From positions 1,216,001 to 1,280,000 of the forward strand of contig CAWBKB010000001.1 of the NCBI GenBank assembly GCA_963789265.1: 64,000 bases of DNA, read 5' to 3'. This stretch comes from an uncultured delta proteobacterium (GTDB taxonomy: Bacteria > Desulfobacterota > Desulfomonilia > Desulfomonilales > Desulfomonilaceae). The notes under the pieces were generated by a model, which searched no databases, was not told the origin of the DNA, and saw only the letters and a program-made list of their open reading frames with translations. Made by a program: the position numbers and the translations under genes. Shown in pieces: positions 54,301 to 64,000 of this stretch; the first letter of the stretch is position 1; every line of letters begins with the position of its first letter.

Positions 54301-54662
54301 TCGGTGAACCGAAGGGTCAGGATGGTTTTCTGAGATTGAGCGAGGTTATGGGCCTGAAGATCAACTGTGACATAGCTGCACTTACCGCATGCCAAACCGG
54401 GCTGGGACGACGCATCTCAGGCGAAGGCACGATGGGAATGGGAAGAGCTTTCCAGTACGCCGGTGCCAAAAGCGTGTTGATGAGTCTCTGGTCTGTGAGT
54501 GAAACGGCGTCGGTCAATCTGGTGGAGAGTTTCTTCAAGCATCTCAAGGAAGGAAAGAACAAGCTGGAGGCTTTGAGACTTGCCCGAGAAGAGATACGCA
54601 AGGCAGGTTACGACCATCCGTTTTATTGGGCTCCATTTATTCTGGTGGGAGAGGTGGAGTAG
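51312..54662 (+). CDS. Exported TPR-CHAT (caspase-like) protease A
   Basis: AGGAGG SD, signal peptide, ten 40-aa TPRs, IVPDG.L...PFE, FGTHG, LTACQTG, SLWSV, HPFYWAPFILVG. Confidence 0.93.
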   Translation: MFKRIVIVLVIVAALCVLSSSPTVMAQSRNDAFRLHNEAVRLYKKAQSNEDVKRAVQKFEEAARIYRKVGYPRGEGQVLNNLGVVYHDRDQYAKAVEYYEKALQIDQNLGNVRGQGMTLMNLGNVYLDQGQYAKAVQYYEKALEISRKTGDVRTQGQTLENLGIVYMQWGQYPRAVRYHEKSLEIMKRVGDARVEGNILGNLGEVFMRWGQYAKAVEYFEKSLRIAKKVGDVKTDAKALVGLGLVYNDWGQYAKAVEYYEKALQIYKKVGKVSGEGVALGNLGNVYGSWGQYAKAVEYHEKALAIVRKVGDVKGEGQELNNLGSVYSDWGQYAKAVEYFEKALDITRKIGNVETEGIALVSLGTVYGDWGQYAKAVEYFEKALEIDKKIGDVPGESYVLGNLGIVYRECGQYAKAVEHYEKALLIAIKLGDVQSEATALHHLGLVYASQGQYSEALTNFQKALEMLKRIEVPANRLKDSIGNLYLDKGDLARAEPFIRESGDADSLGRLALLRSDYTKAKGHYEELRQSADKNRAASSLFTAYTGIGMACEGLGDLPGAAEHFRKAIDYTEELRAGLSPAEKAEFYNVRVSGFYRTAPYEGLARVLVKLNKPLDALKESEYTRARMFAERISKRAEGSAPHIPQDVREKDSHLNHSLAALSKNLQKAYEKQNKEVIAALEPQVKTAKENLAAHIDMLRKQYPLFAATKYPEPMGLDQTGLKDNEWVLAYHVTDPGIIIYLTKGKNLVKALYKPTPRKEIDELVRKFRQPMELGPDDSLAKKLSQFDFKTGKKLSDILLSDIPPVLPKNTPVIIVPDGSLGVVPFEMLVLNDGGKIVTDNKRPQTSGAEFFGDRNPISYYQSITALTLARTLGKQHKLGEKLLVMVDPVFSSDDPRLVKLAKQEKDRLLATLPKDLTMSIESESGLTFPRLPLTAELGESLKQSDPSKTDLYEGMTAKKSVLLGKDLTPYRSVVFGTHGYFGKDLPGIQEPVLVLSLVGEPKGQDGFLRLSEVMGLKINCDIAALTACQTGLGRRISGEGTMGMGRAFQYAGAKSVLMSLWSVSETASVNLVESFFKHLKEGKNKLEALRLAREEIRKAGYDHPFYWAPFILVGEVE

Positions 54663-54735
54663 TATCGGCTGTTAAGGTTTTCAAGAGATTAGCAACCTGG
54701 CTTTGCCAGTACTGTGCATGAGATGGGGGTAACTT

Positions 54736-57706
54736 ATGTTAAGATTCCGGGTTTTCAGATCGATTCACGTTGTGCTCATTGTTTTTGGATTCATCCTTAT
54801 CCTTTCTGGACCCATTCAGCAAAGGGCTTCAGCCGCCGATTCAGACCATGCGCAAATTCAACGTCTTCAGAAGGTTATGGAAATCATCAAAAAGAACTAT
54901 TTGCGAGAAGTCCACGATGAAGAGCTACTGGACGGGGCCATCAGGGGGATGCTCCAATCATTGGACCCTAATTGCTCCTACTTCAATGCGGAAGCTTTAA
55001 AAGTATTACAAAGCGAAAACAAGGGTAGGTTCGGGGGGATAGGTGTGGAAATCACGCTGAAGGATGGCGCACTAACAGTTGTGAGCCCTTTAGGCGGATG
55101 TCCTGCCGACAAAGCAGGTGTCGAATCGGGAGATAGAATTGTAAGCATAAATGGCGAAACGACCCAGAACATCACCTTGCCCAATGCGGTTAAGTCGATG
55201 AGGGGCACTATAGGCAGCATCGTAACGCTTACTATAATGAGGGAGGGATTTCAGAAGCCCAGGGATTTCGTGATCACTCGGGACGAAATCCATGTCTCCC
55301 CGCTCAAGAAGGTCCTACTCGAGGAGGGCTATCCATATATTAAGCTTGTCAGCTTTCAGGAAGGAACAGACGAGGAACTCAGTAAAGCTTTTAAAGACTT
55401 TCGAAAGAAACACCCAATCAGGGGCCTGATCCTGGATTTGCGTGACAACCCCGGCGGGCTGCTTGATCAAGCAGTCAAAGTGGCCAATCTGTTCATAACC
55501 AAAGGTTTAATCTGCTACACCAACGGCCGATTGAAAGAGCAGCGAATGGAATTCCGAGCACAAAAAGGTGGTGAACATTACGAGTTCAAAATGGCGGTTC
55601 TTATCAACAAGGGATCGGCAGGTGCTTCCGAAATTGTCACAGCAGCTTTGCAAGACCATAATCGAGGTTTGGTCTTTGGCATCCATTCTTTTGGTAGAGC
55701 TGCAATACAGACCATCCATCTTATCGGTGACGGGTCCGCCCTGAGATTGACGACGGCACACTATTACACCCCAAATGGCAAGGATATTGACAAAGAAGGC
55801 ATCTTACCGGACGTAGATCTAGAAAAGGAAATCGTAGCCCGGACGTCAGTCACTGCGGGCGGCAAAAAAGCGGCAGCCAATATTAGGGAAAATCCGGGTA
55901 ATGATATTGCGATCAGAAAAGCTCTGCAATGGTTGAAATCCGAAACTTCGGTCATCGCGTATAAGGCGGCCAATCGGTCGCCGGAAGCATCAGCTCAATC
56001 ACAGAGCCAGCCGATTGTCAGCGCCGAGGCTCAAAAAAGAGAGATAACGAGAAAGGGGCGTCCGAAATACCAGGAGCTTGAGGCATCCAAAGATTACAAA
56101 GAGGCAAGGAAAAGATACCGTGTGGCCGCTGAAAGGGGTGATTTGGAAAGCCAAGTCTCTCTTGGGTATGTATACGAAAAGGCCTTGGGGGTGCCTAAAG
56201 ATTACCAGAAGGCGGCAAAATGGTACCGTATGGCGGCTGAGAAGGGGAACGCCAACGGTCAAGCTCTTCTGGGCCTGATGTACAAAAGAGGCTTAGGGGT
56301 TGCAAAGGATCTGGAAGAAGCTCGCCAGTGGTTCAAGAAATCCGCGGAACAGGAAAACCCCCTTGGCCAGAACGAGCTGGCTAACCTGTACTCGGAGGGG
56401 GTGGGCGTTGGTGAAGACTATGCCGAGGCACTAAGGTTGTATCGCAGATCCGCTGAACAGAATTATCCTGCGGCCCAATACAACATCGGCAGAATGTATC
56501 AGTACGGCAAGGGCGTACCAAAAGACGAAAAAGAAGCGGCGCAGTGGTATTTGAAAGCGGCTGAGCAGGGACACTCCCTGGCGGAAGATGGATTGGGAAG
56601 AATGTACAGGGACGGGGTAGGGATTCCCAAAGATGAAAAGGAGGCTCTCAAATGGTTCCGAAAAGCTGCTGAAGCTGGGTCGAAATATGGTGAGCTTGAT
56701 CTCGGATTGATGTATGCGCAGGGCCTTGGAGGGCCGCGCAATTACGAGGAGGCATTAACCTGGTTCAGGAGGGCCGCAGGCGAGGGTCTTGACGAGGCGC
56801 GTTACCGCATTGGACTCATGTATCTCGACGGCTTGGGAACTGAGAAAGATATGGTTGAAGCGGCCATCTGGTTTTCTAAGGCCGGGGCGAACGGATTCGA
56901 TAAATCGAAGGAAAAGATAAAAGAACTGATGGACCGGTTTCGTCCGCGTGCTGAAAAAAAGGATGCCGAGGCCCAGTATAATCTCGGAGTTCTTTATGAG
57001 GCCCAGGGAAACATAGAGAAGCATACAGGCCACGTTGCGGATGCCGTTAAGAGCTATGCGTATAATCACAAATGCTACATTCTGGCGGCCAGACAGGGAT
57101 ATGCCCCGGCTCAGTACCGTCTTGCATTAATTGCAGCAAATACCGGTAGCCCTGACGAGGCCCTGTCGTGGTGCCGCAAGGCGGCAGATAAGGGCTATTT
57201 TCGAGCCCAAGCGTACATAGGTGATCTTTATTTGATCGGCAAAGGAGGATTAAAGCAAAGCCCCGAGGAGGCTGCGAAGTGGTTTCGCAAGGCCGCGGAC
57301 CAGGGATTCGCGTACACGCAGAACAATCTCGGATTTTTGTATCTAAAAGGACGTGGTGTTCGTCAGAAACACCGACGAAGCGATAAAATGGTTTAGAAAA
57401 TCGGCCCAGGGGGGCGAGCCCATGGCTCAGACTTGGCTTGGATCTATGTACAGAAACGGGGTTGGACTACCCGTAAACTATCGGGAGGCTATGAAATGGT
57501 TGCGCAAGGCTGCCGATCAGGGTGAAGTAGGCGGGCAATTATTTCTGGGAGAAATGTATTTGAAGGGTATGGGCATGCCAAAGGACGATGCTGAAGCAGT
57601 GAAATGGTTTTCCAAAGCCACCACGCAGGGTAATGACAAAGCAAAGACGTATTTGCACCAAATGACTCTGGAGCTTCCCGAAGGTGCTCAAAGCAAGAAA
57701 CAATGA
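54736..57706 (+). CDS. Exported PDZ/S41 (CtpA-like) domain fused to SEL1 repeats (extra A at ~57368)
   Basis: FGGIGVEI, LDLRDNPGGLL, SAGASE, FGRA, then many LG.MY..G.GV..D...A..W..KAA repeats. Confidence 0.9.
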
Positions 57707-58035
57707 CCTGAGGCATTTGAAACCGTCTTGAAAAACGGTGAGCAGGTGCCCGGCACAGAGTCTAGGGCTCCACTATTTGGCGGCCAGAAAAATCCCCCCT
57801 GGCGCCCCTTTAGAAAGGGGGGGAACGGGAGGTATTCCTATTCACCATTTATAAATAGGGTACGGGGATTCTGAAAGCACGTCCGACGCGCGCCCGGCTG
57901 TAAGAGCTTTGATCCAACGATGTGCATATCGGAGGTTCATTGACGTTCGGCCCCTGTGGTGACGCAACCATCAAGGAGCGTCACTACGAATTCCGAGTCA
58001 TTTTTGCGGCAGATGCCACCTCACAGGAGATTGTC

Positions 58036-61000
58036 ATGTCCAAGCCAATTCTAGTAGTTCTCACAATACTGTTGTCGTACTTTCTTGTCGGAGGGGAAAT
58101 GGCCCTGGGCCAGTCAAAAGAAGAAGGGATCAAAATCTTCAACGAAGGAAAGGCATTACAGGATGAGACCAAGTCTATCGCCAATCTAAAAAAGGCCGCT
58201 GAGAAATACCAGCTCGCTGGGAAAATCTTCGAGAAAGCTAAATTCGACAAGGGGACCGCGGCGGTAGACAACAACTTGGGCATGGTCTACGCCAAGTTGG
58301 GGGAGTACTCTAAGGCTGTGGATTACTGTGAGAGGGCGTTGACCATTTTCAGGAAGCTCGGTGATACGGAGAATGAATTCAATACCCTTACGGGGTTGGG
58401 AAACATCTACAAAGGCTGCCGACAATATGCCAAGGCGGTAGAACATTACGAAAAAGCATTGGCCATCGCCACAAAATACAATAACTTAAGTGCTAAACGA
58501 GAAAGCCTCACAAACTTGGGGAATGCCTATGAACACTGGGGTGAATACTCCAAGGCTGTAGAGCATTACCAACAAGCTTTGAAAATTGCTGAAAAGCTCG
58601 GAGACCGGGAGGGGACAGGGACAATTCTATTCAACCTGGGGTTTGTTTATGAAGCCTGGCGTCAATATTCGACGGCCGTAGAATGTTATGAAAAAGCGTT
58701 GGCGGTAAAGACAAAAGCTGGCGATAGGCTGGCTGAAGGGCAAATTTTCAACCAATTGGGCAATATCTACAAAGATTGGGGTCAGTACTCCACGGCTGTC
58801 AATTATTACGAAAAGGCGTTGGAAAAGGCCAACAAGTTACATGACCGGGAGGGTGAAGGGATAATACGATCCAACCTGGGAAACGTCTATTACTACTGGC
58901 GTCAATATCACAAGGCTGTAGAACATTACAAGAAGGCGCTGGATATCGCGAGAAGCATCGGGGACGAAGGGACGATTGGAGGGTGCTTCAACAATCTGGG
59001 GACCGTTTATAAAGATTTGGATCAACCCTCAAAGGCCGCAGATTATTTTGAGAAGGCCTTGGAGATTTGGAGAAAGACGGGCTACTCGCTAGGGCAGGCC
59101 GAGGCCCTCATGAATCTGGGTGTCATTCATAAGGACGACTGGGGCCGGTACTCAAAGGCTGTCGAGTATTATCGGGAATCCTTAAAGATTTTCACGGACG
59201 TCAAAGATACGAACTATGCAGGAGAGGCCTTGATGAACTTGGGGCACGTATATAAAGACTGGGGTCAGTATTCCAAGGCGATGGATTATTACAAAAAGTC
59301 ATTGGAAACATTCAAGACTACCGGTGTCCTGAGGGATGAAGGCACAGCCCGTGCAAGCCTCGCCGATGTTTATGCGATCCGGGGTCAATATTCCAAGGCA
59401 ATTGAAGGTTATCAAAGGTCACTGAAAATATTCAAGAAGCTCAAAGACACGAAGTTTGAAGGCGGAGTCCTAGGGGGACTGGGCGATGTTTATGCACAAG
59501 AGGGAGAATATGTGAACGCCCTGGAAAACTACAAGGCTGCGCTGGTCAAATGGAAGGAAGCTGGGATACCGGCCAGTACACCCGAGACACGCATAGGCGA
59601 CTTGTACCTCGATATGGGCGACGCCGCAAAGGCTGAGCCTATTCTCAAAGAAAGCCGGTCCAATTTGTCATTGGGAAGACTTTACCTTTCCAAATCAGAT
59701 TACCAGGCTGCGAAGAATTGCTATGCAGAGGTTCTCAAGTATGCAGAAGAGAGGGGTAACGTGGATGGTCTGTTTACCGGCTATACCGGGCTGGGGACAG
59801 TCTTTGAAAGGATGGGCGATGTGTCAGGAGCGAGGGATAGTTACGTGAAGGCGACGAAGCTGACCGAAGAGCTCAGGGCCGTCCTCAGCCGTGCTGAACG
59901 GGAACGGTTTTTTGATGTACGAATAAACGGTTTTTATAGGACAGCGCCTTACAAGGGACTAGCTCGAGTACTGCTACGCATGAATAAGGCTCTCGATGCT
60001 TTCAAAAATTCCGAATATACCAAAGCAAGAACGTTTGCCGACGCTATCTCGATATTTTACCAGGAGAAGAGATTTGGTGTACCACCGGAAATCCTAAAGC
60101 AAGATAATGATCTAAATGATCAGGTTGCAGCTCGGAAAAGGGCCAGGCAAAAAGCCTATGAGCAGGACAATAAGCAAGCCATCACCACTTTGGAGCCTCA
60201 GATAAGGCAATTGGAAAACGAGCTCGCGGCCCATATACGATTGCTAAGGGACCAATATCCCCTGTTTGCAGCCACAAAGTACCCTGAGCCTATGGACATT
60301 GATCAGACCGCTCTCAAGGATGACGAGTGGGTCCTGACTTATGACGTTACCGATTCTGGCATCATGATATACCTCACCAGAGGAAAGCGACTTGTGAAGG
60401 GCTTATTCAAGCCGGTGTCCGATAGGCAGCTAAAGGAGCTGGTGGACAAGTTCCGTCAGCCGATGGAGCTGGGTCCTGATGATTCTCTCGCAAAGAAGCT
60501 TGCGTCCTTTGACTTCAAATCCGGTAAGAAACTCTCTGACCTTCTCCTCAGCGACATCCTTTCAGATCTCCCCAAGGATACTCCTGTAATCATCGTCCCC
60601 GATGGCTCCCTGGGAGTCGTGCCGTTTGAGATGTTGGTCTTAAACGATGGCGGAAAGGTCGTAACGAACGGCAAGAGACCTCAGACTTTAGGTGCTGAAT
60701 TCTTCGGAGATCGCAATCCGATATCCTATTACCAGTCAATCACAGCCCTTACCCTCGCTCGTACACTGGGCAAACAACAGAAGCCGGGCGAAAAACTACT
60801 TGCAATGGTGGACCCTGTTTTTTCTAGTGACGATCCTCGTCTGGTGAAACTTGCCAAACAGGAGAAGAACAGATTGCTGGCTACTCTTCCAAAAGACCTC
60901 ACCATGTCCATCGAGACCGAGAGCGGGATTACTTTTCGTAGGCTTCCGCTCACCGCTCAACTCGGTGAGTCCTTGAAGAAATCCGACCCTTCGAAGACCG

Positions 61001-61506
61001 ATCTGTACGAAGGAATGACCGCCAAAAAGTCCTTACTTCTTGGGAAAGACCTTACTCCGTACCGCTCTCTCGTGTTCGGCACACATGGGTATTTCGGGAA
61101 AGATCTGCCCGGAATACAAGAGCCTGTGCTGGTGCTCAGCCTTGTCGGTGAACCGAAGGGACAGGATGGTTTCTTGAGGCTCAGTGAAGTCATGGGCCTG
61201 AAGATCAACTGTGACATAGCTGCACTGACCGCATGTCAAACAGGTCTCGGGCGACGCATCTCCGGCGAAGGCACGATGGGAATGGGCCGGGCATTTCAGT
61301 ACGCAGGCGCGAAAAGTGTGTTGATGAGTCTCTGGTCTGTGAGTGAAACGGCGTCGGTCAATCTGGTGGAGAGTTTCTTCAAGCATCTGAAAGAAGGAAA
61401 GAATAAACTTGAGGCATTGAGGCTGGCGAGAGATGAGATACGCAAGGCGGGCTATGACCATCCGTTTTATTGGGCCCCGTTTATTTTGGTGGGCGAAGTG
61501 AACTGA
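58036..61506 (+). CDS. Exported TPR-CHAT protease B
   Basis: AGGAG SD, signal peptide, eleven ~40-aa TPRs, same CHAT motifs. Confidence 0.93.
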   Translation: MSKPILVVLTILLSYFLVGGEMALGQSKEEGIKIFNEGKALQDETKSIANLKKAAEKYQLAGKIFEKAKFDKGTAAVDNNLGMVYAKLGEYSKAVDYCERALTIFRKLGDTENEFNTLTGLGNIYKGCRQYAKAVEHYEKALAIATKYNNLSAKRESLTNLGNAYEHWGEYSKAVEHYQQALKIAEKLGDREGTGTILFNLGFVYEAWRQYSTAVECYEKALAVKTKAGDRLAEGQIFNQLGNIYKDWGQYSTAVNYYEKALEKANKLHDREGEGIIRSNLGNVYYYWRQYHKAVEHYKKALDIARSIGDEGTIGGCFNNLGTVYKDLDQPSKAADYFEKALEIWRKTGYSLGQAEALMNLGVIHKDDWGRYSKAVEYYRESLKIFTDVKDTNYAGEALMNLGHVYKDWGQYSKAMDYYKKSLETFKTTGVLRDEGTARASLADVYAIRGQYSKAIEGYQRSLKIFKKLKDTKFEGGVLGGLGDVYAQEGEYVNALENYKAALVKWKEAGIPASTPETRIGDLYLDMGDAAKAEPILKESRSNLSLGRLYLSKSDYQAAKNCYAEVLKYAEERGNVDGLFTGYTGLGTVFERMGDVSGARDSYVKATKLTEELRAVLSRAERERFFDVRINGFYRTAPYKGLARVLLRMNKALDAFKNSEYTKARTFADAISIFYQEKRFGVPPEILKQDNDLNDQVAARKRARQKAYEQDNKQAITTLEPQIRQLENELAAHIRLLRDQYPLFAATKYPEPMDIDQTALKDDEWVLTYDVTDSGIMIYLTRGKRLVKGLFKPVSDRQLKELVDKFRQPMELGPDDSLAKKLASFDFKSGKKLSDLLLSDILSDLPKDTPVIIVPDGSLGVVPFEMLVLNDGGKVVTNGKRPQTLGAEFFGDRNPISYYQSITALTLARTLGKQQKPGEKLLAMVDPVFSSDDPRLVKLAKQEKNRLLATLPKDLTMSIETESGITFRRLPLTAQLGESLKKSDPSKTDLYEGMTAKKSLLLGKDLTPYRSLVFGTHGYFGKDLPGIQEPVLVLSLVGEPKGQDGFLRLSEVMGLKINCDIAALTACQTGLGRRISGEGTMGMGRAFQYAGAKSVLMSLWSVSETASVNLVESFFKHLKEGKNKLEALRLARDEIRKAGYDHPFYWAPFILVGEVN

Positions 61507-61674
61507 CAGGAAGACAAGAATTAACCACAGAGACACGGAGGACACTGAGAAAGAAAAATAATGGTTTTCTCTGTGAACTCTGTGCCTCTGTGGTGCATCT
61601 TGATTGCCTGCTGAACGGTTGCCATTTTTCTTATGGGCAGAGGTCCGCATTTTTCTCGGTGTAAGAATATCGGG

Positions 61675-61965
61675 CTATTCCGTCTCTCCCGGCTTCCAGT
61701 CCGGAAATTTCAATCCCCGGAATTGGCCGTCTGACAACCGGAAACAAATGCTTCGAGGGCGGCCTCTCTCTACCTGCAATTCTTTCATTTGGACGTCGAT
61801 CCATTGCCAGGCCGATTTCATATCATCGAGTGTCCGAGGGGGCACTGGTATGGTTCGGATCTCGCCGTCGTCCCATGCGAACGTTACCGATCCCGGTTTC
61901 ATGCTGCAGATGATCTCTTCGTCCCAGAATGAACCACCCGTCCCCATGTTTCCTCCCGTATGCAC
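61675..61965 (-). CDS. Small hypothetical protein
   Basis: ORF downstream of ecfT; GGAGG SD before an internal ATG. Confidence 0.55.
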   Translation of the reverse strand: MHTGGNMGTGGSFWDEEIICSMKPGSVTFAWDDGEIRTIPVPPRTLDDMKSAWQWIDVQMKELQVERGRPRSICFRLSDGQFRGLKFPDWKPGETE

Positions 61966-61989
61966 GCGCTCGATCTGGAACTATTAACT

Positions 61990-62799
61990 TTATCCGAAGA
62001 TGAAGAGACGGCAAAGAGAAAAAACCGCAAGAAACAGAAATGCTTCGTAATCGGGCTTGGTAAAGCGCAGTGGTCTATATTCCGATCGGGGTAGCCCGGG
62101 CTGAAAACCCCTGGCGGTCATCGCAACGGCCAGCAGGTCGCCGCGCCTCAGAGTCCCTGTCAGGGCAGGGACAAGCACAGCGATGAGGTCTCTGCACCTC
62201 GAGACGATCCCTCCGTGCCCGAATTCCACTCCTCGGGACTTCTGGGCGTCAATTGTAGCGCTCAACTCCTGTTGAAGTAACGGCACAAAGCGCATCGCCA
62301 GCAACAGTACCATTCCAATTTCTTCAACCGGCACGCGAAAACGCTTCAAGGGGCGGGCCAGACGTTCGAAACTCCTGGCAAGGTCCTGCGGCATGGTGGT
62401 AAAAGTCAAAACCATAGATAGGATTATTGCCTGCATAATCTGACCGGCAAACATCAGACCGCTTTGAAGCCCCTGCTGAGTTATGGGCAGCGTCCATCGG
62501 CCCAAAACCACAGGTTGGCCGCCCCTGGTGAAGGCAATGTTCATTCCTGCGGCAATTATCAGCATCCACGAGAAACGAAGCAAGCCCCACCACCAGACGC
62601 GCCATCCGATCCCGGACAGAAGAATGAGCGCCGGCATAAGGCAAAAGGTGGCAAGAAGGGTGCTCCATGTGCGGGTGGTAAACACCCAGACGAGCAGCAC
62701 AGCCAAGCCGGCCAACTTGGTCCGGGGATCGAGTCCGTGCAACACCGAGTCGCCTGGAATATAGCCGCCTATGAACACGTCCTGCATCAATTTGTTCAT
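61990..62799 (-). CDS. ecfT: ECF transporter transmembrane component T
   Basis: LHGLDPRTKL, LAMRFVPLL, AQKSRG, AMTARGF. Confidence 0.93.
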   Translation of the reverse strand: MNKLMQDVFIGGYIPGDSVLHGLDPRTKLAGLAVLLVWVFTTRTWSTLLATFCLMPALILLSGIGWRVWWWGLLRFSWMLIIAAGMNIAFTRGGQPVVLGRWTLPITQQGLQSGLMFAGQIMQAIILSMVLTFTTMPQDLARSFERLARPLKRFRVPVEEIGMVLLLAMRFVPLLQQELSATIDAQKSRGVEFGHGGIVSRCRDLIAVLVPALTGTLRRGDLLAVAMTARGFQPGLPRSEYRPLRFTKPDYEAFLFLAVFSLCRLFIFG

Positions 62800-62907
62800 G
62801 TTGGAATTCCCGCCATATTGAGTCTACGTAACACCTCTGTAAGGTCAGCTCGATTGTAATAGGCACCGCGGAGTACGCAGAGATCGCAGAGCATCCCGCG
62901 TCCTGCG

Positions 62908-63085
62908 CATGGGCGTTAAGATAACGATTTATTCCCCCCTTTCGTAAAGGGGGGCCAGGAGGGATTTTGGGATAACTCATTGAAAATCCCCCTAAATCCC
63001 CCTTTAGAAAAGGGGGACTTTGATCGCTCTCGGCCTGCATTCACCTCTTGAAAAGGAACGAAATTGCCTTAACTTAACGCGAATG
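62908..63085. mobile_element. MITE family B (178 bp)
   Basis: CATGGGCGTTAAG / CTTAACGCGAATG ends; duplication CGCGTCCTGCG / TGCGTCCTGCG (10/11); internal CCCCCTT..AAGGGGG hairpins. Confidence 0.85.
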
Positions 63086-63394
63086 TGCGTCCTGCGGGAC
63101 GGTGATCCCCGCGGACAGCAGGATTGTTTGCCGGGCGAACGGTTACAGTGGATTATACACCAACTGGATGGAGCTTGTAGCTTGACCCTGAACTCTGCCG
63201 CACATTACACAGGAGCTGCCGTCCGGACTGCCCCACAAACCCCGGAGAGGGCTTCAGCTTGACCATTATCGTTTAAGGCGATAGTCTTTGAAGTGGCGTC
63301 AACTGCAAGATGCAGGAAACATTTGACGGTAGGAGAGGAAGCTGCGCGAAAGAGCACAAAGGTTTTACCACCAAGTATTCAAGTTGTTAAGTCC

Positions 63395-63821
63395 ATGCCC
63401 AAAGATGCCTTTGATAATCTGACGGTACTCAAGAAATCGAGCACGCCATGTCCTGACAGTCCCGATAAGGCAAAACTCGAGAAGCTTTCCTAACATATAC
63501 TCGTCTCGTGACTACACCATTACGTTCGATTGTCCGGAGTTCACCAGCCTTTGTCCTGTAACGGGGCAGCCTGATTTTGCAAAAATCAGCATCGTTTACA
63601 TTCCGGACCTCAAGTGCATCGAATCCAAGTCGTTGAAACTATACCTCTTTTCCTTTAGAAACACAGGAATGTTTCACGAAGAGATCACGAATCGAATCCT
63701 TGACGATCTGGTAGCTGCTTGCGGGCCCCGGTGGGCCCGGGTACGGGGTGTGATGAATGCCAGAGGCGGGATCTCCATTGAGGTTACAGCGGAATACTCC
63801 AAGCCCGGCTTCGAACGCTAG
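63395..63821 (+). CDS. queF: preQ0 reductase (extra base ~63482)
   Basis: PEFTSLCPVTGQPDFA, IESKSLKLYLFSFRN, FHE, RGGI. Confidence 0.93.
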
Positions 63822-63867
63822 CCTTGCTTCAACCGAACCCTTTCGTTGGCAATTCTAGTGCCGCATT

Positions 63868-63998
63868 CTACTTGAAAAGTGAGAGTGCGAACCAAGGCGG
63901 CAACAAGTGGCCCAGCAAAATGCCCACAGCGGCAATTCCCCCAAAGGCCGCGATCCTCAGCAAAACATTCCTGGTGACAATCGCAGGGCTTGGCGAGA
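63868..63998 (-). CDS. C-terminus of a membrane protein (partial)
   Basis: Open frame from the window edge with hydrophobic RIAAFGGIAAVGILLGHLLPPWFALSLFK. Confidence 0.4.
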   Translation of the reverse strand, partial: SPSPAIVTRNVLLRIAAFGGIAAVGILLGHLLPPWFALSLFK

Positions 63999-64000
63999 GA

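Noticed and set aside
51312..61506. Diversity-generating retroelement template/variable repeat pair
   Set aside because: No reverse transcriptase in the window; differences between copies are mostly synonymous and not adenine-specific; both copies are coding
63100..63394. preQ1 riboswitch upstream of queF
   Set aside because: No recognisable preQ1 stem-loop or A-rich tail

Overview
Ordinary-looking chromosomal DNA from an anaerobic Deltaproteobacterium/Desulfobacterota member. It is Desulfomonile-like by gene content, which is my inference and not a database result. It carries housekeeping genes (EF-G paralogue, tRNA-Gly, prfB with its programmed frameshift, queF, ecfT), a glycosyltransferase/gmd-fcl cluster, two-component and sigma54 regulators, a split dnaE2, and a partial Bzd-type benzoyl-CoA-reductase-like cluster. 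About ten genes have single-base frameshifts that look like assembly indels. Intergenic DNA is full of nested palindromic repeats and two MITE families with target-site duplications. Most notable: (i) a 10 kb exported module, TPR-CHAT / PDZ-S41 pseudo-protease-SEL1 / TPR-CHAT, with hypervariable 40-aa repeats and near-identical caspase-like domains; (ii) a ~62-nt sigma54-promoted, terminator-bounded sRNA candidate next to a DnaA-box cluster; (iii) a GAAC-N4-GTTC SOS box and a LexA-tail-like mini-ORF ahead of dnaE2; (iv) a multi-stem RNA candidate after a second sigma54 promoter; (v) an acyltransferase-GpsA fusion. No CRISPR array, rRNA, integrase or transposase was seen.
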